Assembly (NCBI GenBank): GCA_031431875.1
Contig: JANPEF010000119.1
Location: forward strand, 1-27,856
Source of the DNA: Candidatus Eiseniibacteriota bacterium
GTDB taxonomy: Bacteria; Eisenbacteria; RBG-16-71-46; DASYSL01
Direction: 5' to 3'
Length of the DNA stretch: 27,856 bases
Shown here in pieces: positions 21,797 to 27,856 of the stretch (the stretch's first letter is position 1; each line of letters starts with the position of its first letter). The notes beneath the pieces are model-generated. The model saw only the letters and a program-made list of their open reading frames with translations, searched no databases and was not told where the DNA came from. A program made the translations under genes and the position numbers.

Positions 21797-24634
21797 ATGC
21801 GGGGAGGACACGGGTTCGGGGTGGGCCTCGGGCTGGCGCTGTTCCTCGGGGCGCTCGGGCCCGGCGTCGCGGGGGCGCCGACTCCGTCGGACGCAGGGGC
21901 CGGCTTCGATCAAGACACGAGCGGCGACTCGCTGGCGATCCTCGCGCTGCTCAACCGCGGCGAGCCCGACTCGGCGAACGCGCGGCTCGCGCGCGTCGTC
22001 CCCGCGGCGCGCGCGACCGGTGACTCGGCGCGCGTGGCGCGCGCACTGCTGCTCGAGGGCGTGATCGCGCTGCGCCAGTTTCATCCGGCCGAGGCCACGC
22101 CGAAGATCGAGCGAGCGCGTCGGCTCGCGCATCAGTCGGGCGACGATGCGACGTTCATGGCGAGCCTGCGCGACGAGTCGATGGTGCACATCCTGAACGG
22201 CGACTTCGCGCGCATCGAGCCGCTGGTCGTCCGCTGGACGGCGCTGGCCCGCCGGCTGAACCACCCCGAGTACCTGGGCTGGGGCGCGACGACGCGCGCA
22301 TTCCTCGCCAGGGTGCGCGGCGACATTCCGGCGGCACGGGCAGAGGACCTGGCGGCACTGGCGATCTTCGACTCACTGGGCAACGCCGTCGGCCAGGCGT
22401 ACGTGGCGAACGACCTTGGTGGACTCGACATCCACGAAGGCAAGTACGAGGCCGCGCGCGTCTCGTCCCGGAAGGCGCTCGCGATCGTCGGCGCCGACGG
22501 TGATCCGCGGATGCGCGACGGGGCCCTGGCGAATCTCGGCGTCTGCGAGATCCGCGCCGGCGATCCGGTGCGCGGGCTCGACTATTACGAGCAGTCGCTC
22601 GCCGGCAAGAGAGCGCGCGGCGAGACCGTCGAGACGCTCATCACCTACCGCAACCTCGTCACCTTGGCGACCGACCTTGGGCGCATCGACGACGCGCTTC
22701 GACTGGGCCAGGATGCGCTGGCGCTGGCGTTGCGCGACAGCGTTGAGGTCGAGATTCCGTGGGCACGCTTCAACCTGGGGGAGGCGCTGTGGGCGGCCGA
22801 TCGTCACGCGGCCGCCCTCGCCGAGTGGCGGCAGGTGCTGGCCGATCCGCGCTCTGAGCCCGGGTTGCTCGCGCTCTCCACCGCCGGCATCGCCAACTCG
22901 CTCGCCGAGCACGACAGCCTGCTCGAGGCCGCCCGCCTGTACGAGGACGCGATCACGCGCTACGGCCCGGTGGTGGTCGCCGAGACGCGAATGAAGCTGT
23001 CGATCGAACTGGCGCGCGTTCACCTGCGCGCCGGGCAGGCCGCACTGGTGCCGCCGCGGCTCGAGCCGATGGCGCTCGAGTCCGATCGTGGCAGCGACGA
23101 CGAGCTGGGCGTCATCGCCTGGGGCGTGCTCGCCGAGGCGTATCGCAAGCTCGGCCGCTCCGCCGACGCGGCGCGCGCATTGGCCAACGCCGATGCGCGC
23201 TGGGAGGCCGGCCGCGACGCCGCATCGAGCTACGAGGTCCGCGAGCACCGCCGCGAGCAGGCGCGCACACTGCTGGTCGAGAGCGCGGTCACGGGGGAGC
23301 CCGACGCGGCATTCGCCCGCCTGCAGCGCTACAAGACACGCCCGCTGCTCGAGCGGCTGTCGCGCCCCAGCGCCCCGGTCGCCGCACCCGCGGGTCACGA
23401 CGATGCGCATTTCGCGGCCGCCGCGTTTCGCGCGAGGACGTTGCGCGCCGGCGAGGTCTTCCTTGAGTTCGCCCTGGGGCCGGACACGACGCTGCTGTTC
23501 GTGGTGACGCCCGACGGGGTGCGTCGCGTCGGCCTGCCCGGCGAGCGCACGCTTGCTCCGCAGGTGAAGCTGGCGCGCGAGGCGTTCGCGACCAGGCCCG
23601 GCGAGGGTGATGCGGCCGCTGCGGCGGCGACGGCGGCGCGGGTCGCCGCGCAGGCGCTGGGGCGCACGTTGCTGGGCCCGGCTGCCGCCGAGATCGCCGC
23701 GGCGAAGACCGTGCTCGTCGCTCCCGACGGCGTGCTGCACCGCGTGCCGTTCGGCGCGCTCATCGTGGGCGGTGGCGAGACGCCGCTGGGCGCCAGCCAT
23801 CGTGTCGCCATCGAGCCGTCGGGTGCGTTCTTGGCGACGCTGCGTGCGCGCGAGCCGGCGGGCGATGCGGCAGGGGATGCGGCAGGGGATGGCGCGGCGG
23901 GCGGACTGTTCGCCGTCGGCGGCGGTCGGCGCGACGCGAGCGAGGGCGGCCGTGGCCTCGAAGCTGCGCGCCACGAGATCGAGAACCTGTCGGCCCGTTT
24001 CTCGGGCGTGACCGCGCGCCATGCCGGCGACGACGGGCGCGTGGGACTCGCGGTCGCCGACCTGGCGCCATTCGGTGGCCTGCACTTCGCCGGGCAGAGC
24101 GCGATCGACGACCCGCTGCCGTGGCGCTCGGGCATCGGGCTGGGCCCGGCGACTCGTGGCGGCGATTCGCTGCTGACCGCGGGTGAGCTGGCCGCGGCTC
24201 GGGTCGGCGCCCGGCTCGTCGTGTTGTCGAGCTGCGAGTCGGCGGGCGGACGCGCCCGCGTGGGCGAGGGCGTGGCGGGGCTGACGACGGCTTTTCTCGT
24301 CGCGGGCGCACCGAGTGTCGTCGCCACGCTGTGGCCGGTCGATGATCAGGTGACCGAGCGACTGATGGATCGCTTCTACGCCGGGCTCGCCGGCGGACTG
24401 GCCGCCGCCGACGCCCTGCGCGCCGCACAGCAGGAGTTGCGTGCCGGCGCCGACACCGCGCACCCGTTCTACTGGGCTGGGTTCGTGCTCGTGGGCGAGC
24501 CCGAGACCGCGTTCCCGCTGCGCGCCCGCGCCGCCGCCTCCGGCATGGCCGGCGTGGCGATGACCCTGCTGCTGGCCGCGATCGTGGCGTTTCTGGCGTG
24601 GCGGGGGCGGGGACGCACCTCGGTCGGAGCCTGA
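21797..24634 (+). CDS. Signal peptide, TPR repeats, CHAT (caspase/HetF-like) domain and C-terminal transmembrane anchor (945 aa)
   Basis: GGAGG then ATG 21797. TPR-like helices (ANDLG, LANLG, FNLG). CHAT motifs APDGVLHRVPF, LHFA, VVLSSCES, GEGV, VATLWPVDD, HPFYWAGF. Hydrophobic tail followed by RGRGR. Confidence 0.9.
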   Translation: MRGGHGFGVGLGLALFLGALGPGVAGAPTPSDAGAGFDQDTSGDSLAILALLNRGEPDSANARLARVVPAARATGDSARVARALLLEGVIALRQFHPAEATPKIERARRLAHQSGDDATFMASLRDESMVHILNGDFARIEPLVVRWTALARRLNHPEYLGWGATTRAFLARVRGDIPAARAEDLAALAIFDSLGNAVGQAYVANDLGGLDIHEGKYEAARVSSRKALAIVGADGDPRMRDGALANLGVCEIRAGDPVRGLDYYEQSLAGKRARGETVETLITYRNLVTLATDLGRIDDALRLGQDALALALRDSVEVEIPWARFNLGEALWAADRHAAALAEWRQVLADPRSEPGLLALSTAGIANSLAEHDSLLEAARLYEDAITRYGPVVVAETRMKLSIELARVHLRAGQAALVPPRLEPMALESDRGSDDELGVIAWGVLAEAYRKLGRSADAARALANADARWEAGRDAASSYEVREHRREQARTLLVESAVTGEPDAAFARLQRYKTRPLLERLSRPSAPVAAPAGHDDAHFAAAAFRARTLRAGEVFLEFALGPDTTLLFVVTPDGVRRVGLPGERTLAPQVKLAREAFATRPGEGDAAAAAATAARVAAQALGRTLLGPAAAEIAAAKTVLVAPDGVLHRVPFGALIVGGGETPLGASHRVAIEPSGAFLATLRAREPAGDAAGDAAGDGAAGGLFAVGGGRRDASEGGRGLEAARHEIENLSARFSGVTARHAGDDGRVGLAVADLAPFGGLHFAGQSAIDDPLPWRSGIGLGPATRGGDSLLTAGELAAARVGARLVVLSSCESAGGRARVGEGVAGLTTAFLVAGAPSVVATLWPVDDQVTERLMDRFYAGLAGGLAAADALRAAQQELRAGADTAHPFYWAGFVLVGEPETAFPLRARAAASGMAGVAMTLLLAAIVAFLAWRGRGRTSVGA

Positions 24635-24649
24635 CCCGCAATCGCCGCG

Positions 24650-25627
24650 TCAGTGCCGATAGATTTCCTTCAAGCTGCCCCATGTCGTCCGACGTGCGGG
24701 AATCGAAGCGTCTCCGAACACAGCGACGCCGCCCAGCCTGAGGTAGCCGTACTGGGAGATCAGTCCCTGTTCACCTGTGTTGGGATCGACGCAAAGAAGC
24801 TTTCGACGGCAGCAGCAGGGATTGCAGCCGACTGGATCGTCGATCACGACGAGGCATCCGTCGGAGCGAACATCGATTCCTACCGGGCCCTCGAGCTCAC
24901 CGCCTTGGGAGACGATGGACTGCGCCCCGGTCTGCGGGTCGATCCTGACGATCATACCGGTGCCATTCATGTAGCTGGAGGCATAGATCACGTTTGAGCC
25001 CATCGTGATAAAGGACTGGCCGATGAGGATGCCCCCGAATGAGACCGGGACCGCGACAGTGTCTTCAGGATCCAGTCGAAACACTACGACCCCGCTATCG
25101 AGCGTTTCAGACAGAAAGTAGATTCGTCCGAAATCATCGAGCGTTGCCGTCCCCACCTTTCGGCTGGCTCCGCGACCGCGGTAGCGGATCGATTGCTCGC
25201 CCGAAGCGGGGTCAACCTCGATCAGTGCCCCGTCCCCATCGAGTGCGTCCGGATCGGCAACGAGCAGCTTACCACTGCTGAGAATGTCGACGTCCGTTGG
25301 CTCCCGCAAGAATCCGGCGGCTCCAATCTGGCTCACAATGCCAGTCAGCGGATCAACTCGATAGAGCGCGCCGGGTCCTCCGCCGTTGTTCCACTGAGTG
25401 ACGTAAATCGTGCCCTGCAGGTCGACATCGATCCCGAAGTAGTCTCGCGCGGTCGTCGGTGTCAGAAGTGACTGGCTACTGTCCGCAGCAGCGGTCCGGG
25501 CGACAGCCCCGCCCCAGACCGAGAGAATGTCTCCGTTTTCCAGGGCCGCTGCCTGGGCCCCGGCCTCCGGCAGCGACACCGCAAACAGGATTCCAGCGAC
25601 CTTTAGAGATGAGCGCAGGGCAATCAT
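24650..25627 (-). CDS. Secreted beta-propeller protein (325 aa) with C-terminal TWGxLK motif
   Basis: GGAGG then ATG 25627. Signal peptide. Repeated blades LYRVDPLTG / LIEVDPASG / IVRIDPQTG / LLCVDPNTG. Ends PARRTTWGSLKEIYRH. Confidence 0.8.
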   Translation of the reverse strand: MIALRSSLKVAGILFAVSLPEAGAQAAALENGDILSVWGGAVARTAAADSSQSLLTPTTARDYFGIDVDLQGTIYVTQWNNGGGPGALYRVDPLTGIVSQIGAAGFLREPTDVDILSSGKLLVADPDALDGDGALIEVDPASGEQSIRYRGRGASRKVGTATLDDFGRIYFLSETLDSGVVVFRLDPEDTVAVPVSFGGILIGQSFITMGSNVIYASSYMNGTGMIVRIDPQTGAQSIVSQGGELEGPVGIDVRSDGCLVVIDDPVGCNPCCCRRKLLCVDPNTGEQGLISQYGYLRLGGVAVFGDASIPARRTTWGSLKEIYRH

Positions 25628-25658
25628 GCGGAGTCCTCCGTTGCCGCTCCGGGCCGAC

Positions 25659-27065
25659 TCAGGTAATGGTCTTCCAGATGGCTGCGGGAGGCGACCCGCC
25701 GCTGAGACCGATGCAGACGCGCAGGGCATGAAGATCGAGATCGTAGATGACGTCACCCTCGCGCGCGAACTTCTGCAGTTCCGCCGTGTAGTCCTGAGCA
25801 ACGACCTTCGGAAAGCGGATCGCCCACGTATTGTTGGCCAGGGCGCTTTTCCCCAACCCGCTCACCTCCCTCACGTGGATGGGGCGCGAGCTTCCGGGCT
25901 GGATGAACGACCCGCCGAGCATGGACACCTGGACGTCGCTATCAAGTCGCACGGCATCCGAGTCGGGGTCGGAGTCCGAGAACTCGTGGAGAGTCCTGTT
26001 GGATTCGATCGTGTTTCCGGAAAAGACGACGTTGCGAGCGCTGGCGCCGATGTAGCATGCGCGCGGATTCAACTCGAGAGTCGGCAATGTCGTCCCGCGG
26101 AAGAAGGAGCAGTTGTCGATCATCACGTTTGCAAAGTGATCCGGGTATCGTGCGTCGTTCGTTCTCACCGCCTCGATGAAGAAGCGGTTTCCGGTGGCGT
26201 AACTGCCGGGGCCCGAGCCAATCTGACGAGTTGCCCTGCCCTCGAACCAGCACGACGTCACTCGGATGTGCGAGCACGACTCGAGCGATACGAACGGCTC
26301 CGGGGAATCGATATTGCTCTCGAACACGCAGGCGAGGAGGGTGAGCCCGCGTCCGTACTGCGCACGGAACCCGAACTGATTGATCTGTCGGAAGTGACAC
26401 GCGTGGAACAGCCAGGTCGTGTTGCTGCCGCTGATCGGCGGATTTCCCGGTGTCCCGGCATTCGCCGGCGGAGGGGCCATGTAGACATGCCCACCGCTGA
26501 CGATGTCGCGAAACTCGACGCGTTCGACGTAGCCGATGACCGAGAGGTTGGTCTTGTTCCTTCCCGGACGAATTTGGGTGTCGACGTAGAGTCCCCAGGA
26601 CGCGGTCTTCGTGATCAAGCAGTCACGAATGGCGACGCGATAGGCGATATTGTCGGCCAATCCGAAGTCGGGGATCGTGTAGTCCGCGTCACGCCAGACC
26701 CGGATACCCCGCCCGGTCCCTGTGCCTCCCCCGGGCCCCCAGAGCCAGAGTCCCTCGACCGTCTGGTAGTCGCCGGCCATGTGAATCATGTCTGCGTTGG
26801 CGTCGTTCGACTTCAAGATCGATGCGTAGGGGCCGTCGCCGCGAAGCGTGATCGCCCGATTCGCCGGAAGGCGGATCGGCGGGGTGTAGGAGGGAATCGT
26901 CGTGGTTGAGTAAGGGGTCGGCGAGGCCGGAATGTAGACGACACCGCCGTCGGCGGGAACCGCGTCGATCGCGGCTTGAATGGAGGGATAGTCGAGAACG
27001 TTGTACCAGTTCAGGGTCGAGCGGACGAGTCCACCGTCCGCGTCAGGAAATGCCCGCGGGGTCAC
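25659..27065 (-). CDS. Pectate-lyase-3/tailspike-like right-handed beta-helix protein, probably the 3' part of a gene frameshifted at a poly-G tract
   Basis: YNVLDY...IQAAIDAV...GGVVYIPA...ITLRGDG entry motif and beta-helix repeats (IRDCLI, FHACHF, VTSCWFE, IDNCSF, FSGNTI). No RBS other than the G-run. Confidence 0.75.
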   Translation of the reverse strand: MTPRAFPDADGGLVRSTLNWYNVLDYPSIQAAIDAVPADGGVVYIPASPTPYSTTTIPSYTPPIRLPANRAITLRGDGPYASILKSNDANADMIHMAGDYQTVEGLWLWGPGGGTGTGRGIRVWRDADYTIPDFGLADNIAYRVAIRDCLITKTASWGLYVDTQIRPGRNKTNLSVIGYVERVEFRDIVSGGHVYMAPPPANAGTPGNPPISGSNTTWLFHACHFRQINQFGFRAQYGRGLTLLACVFESNIDSPEPFVSLESCSHIRVTSCWFEGRATRQIGSGPGSYATGNRFFIEAVRTNDARYPDHFANVMIDNCSFFRGTTLPTLELNPRACYIGASARNVVFSGNTIESNRTLHEFSDSDPDSDAVRLDSDVQVSMLGGSFIQPGSSRPIHVREVSGLGKSALANNTWAIRFPKVVAQDYTAELQKFAREGDVIYDLDLHALRVCIGLSGGSPPAAIWKTIT

Positions 27066-27558
27066 CCCCCCCCCCTGACATCGTGTAGTCGAATCGGGGC
27101 TCGGCCACGTATGCGAAGGCGCGCCCGGTTGCCGCGTCGCAGATGACAGAGGTCCCGAACGACAGGAGCCCGTAGGGATCCTTGAACACCGTCAGCTGGC
27201 TGGCGAGACGAATGAACCGTTCCCCACCGACGAGAGTCATCGAAGTGATCGCAGAAATTGCCAGTCGAGGTGGATCGGTCGAAGTCGGTGGGAGCACGCT
27301 GTTGACGATGAATCGGGCCAGGTTCGAGCCGCCCACCGCAAGCTGGTCGCCAACCTGGATCGAGCCGGGATCGTCGACCGTCACGATCGTCGGATCAGGA
27401 TCGCTCGGAGTGATCGTTGCTGCCGTTCGGTTGGTCGCACCGAGCCGATAGAAGCTGATCGTCGCGGCGGCGGGCACCTGCGCCGGGTCACTGCCCGGAA
27501 TCTTGTCTTTGAGGGCGTGAAACTCGAACCGGCGGTATCCAGGTCGAAGGGCTGGCAT
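27043..27558 (-). CDS. N-terminal part of the same tailspike-like gene, truncated by a frameshift after the G11 tract
   Basis: AGGAG then ATG 27558. The frame stops shortly after the G tract. Deleting one G joins it in frame to 25659..27065. Confidence 0.7.
   Translation of the reverse strand: MPALRPGYRRFEFHALKDKIPGSDPAQVPAAATISFYRLGATNRTAATITPSDPDPTIVTVDDPGSIQVGDQLAVGGSNLARFIVNSVLPPTSTDPPRLAISAITSMTLVGGERFIRLASQLTVFKDPYGLLSFGTSVICDAATGRAFAYVAEPRFDYTMSGGGGDPAGIS
27065..27075 (-). repeat. G11 homopolymer (C11 on + strand) at the ORF junction
   Basis: The + strand reads gtca-ccccccccccc-tgacat. It is the longest homopolymer I found in the window. Confidence 0.95.
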
Positions 27559-27602
27559 GGCTTGGCGACTCCTGAGGAGGCAAATCGGAGGGGACCGCAA
27601 GA

Positions 27603-27631
27603 ATCGTCCACCCGACCCGCCGCGAAGTCAA
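27603..27631 (-). promoter_or_regulatory. Putative sigma70 promoter of the tailspike-like gene
   Basis: Minus strand: TTGACT, 17-bp spacer, GACGAT, 45 nt upstream of ATG 27558. Confidence 0.6.
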
Positions 27632-27677
27632 GCCTGCGCAGCCATCGACGTGCTCTCTCGGGTCAGGCAACCCCAAG

Positions 27678-27706
27678 TTGCCCCCGGGGCCATTGGTCGG
27701 TACGAT
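27678..27706 (+). promoter_or_regulatory. Putative divergent sigma70 promoter
   Basis: TTGCCC (27678-27683), 17-bp spacer, TACGAT (27701-27706). Confidence 0.6.
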
Positions 27707-27715
27707 CCCCTCGCC

Positions 27716-27856
27716 ATGAACCTCCATCCCGACCAGATCCGCTCGATCGTCGACCAGGTGACGCGCGAACTCGAGTCCCGCACCCCGGGCGTCGAGTCCG
27801 CAACCGTCGATGCGGCGCACCGCGCCCACGAGACCGCCGACGCCGCGCGCCGCGCG
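27716..27856 (+). CDS. 3'-truncated ORF of unknown product (MNLHPDQIRSIVDQVTRELESR...)
   Basis: ATG 9 nt after the -10 box, host-like GC3 codon usage, open to the window end. Not in the ORF track. Confidence 0.6.
   Translation, partial: MNLHPDQIRSIVDQVTRELESRTPGVESATVDAAHRAHETADAARRA

Noticed and set aside
23861..23892. 12-bp tandem repeat (GDAAGDAAGDG) in CHAT
   Set aside because: Short in-frame low-complexity linker expansion.
24650..27856. Prophage
   Set aside because: Only one tailspike-like gene. No integrase, capsid, terminase or att site, and its own promoter faces away from a host-like gene.

Overview
High-GC bacterial DNA. The C-terminal sorting motifs suggest an FCB-superphylum lineage such as Ca. 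Eisenbacteria or Latescibacterota (inference). Left arm (1-11.8 kb): four large secreted proteins that all end in a FlgD-Ig/T9SS-like C-terminal domain. Two are Cys-rich DUF11-type surface proteins and two are divergent S8 subtilases. A complete 1,237-bp IS1/IS1595-like insertion sequence with perfect 24-bp inverted repeats lies between two convergent terminators. Middle (11.9-21.6 kb): an lpdA-lipB-E1alpha-E1beta-E2 2-oxoacid dehydrogenase operon, a DUF433/DUF5615-PIN toxin-antitoxin pair, a PfpI-SDR-patatin operon and a PAP2 phosphatase. Right arm: a signal-peptide, TPR, CHAT (caspase-like) protein with a C-terminal membrane anchor and Gln at the expected catalytic His. It is followed by a lower-GC unit with its own sigma70 promoter. 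This unit has a phage-tailspike-like beta-helix gene split by a G11 tract (G10 would restore one 632-aa ORF, so a candidate phase-variation switch) and a secreted beta-propeller ending in a TWGxLK motif. Many ORF-track starts are over-extended and were corrected using RBS positions. No rRNA, tRNA or CRISPR array was seen.
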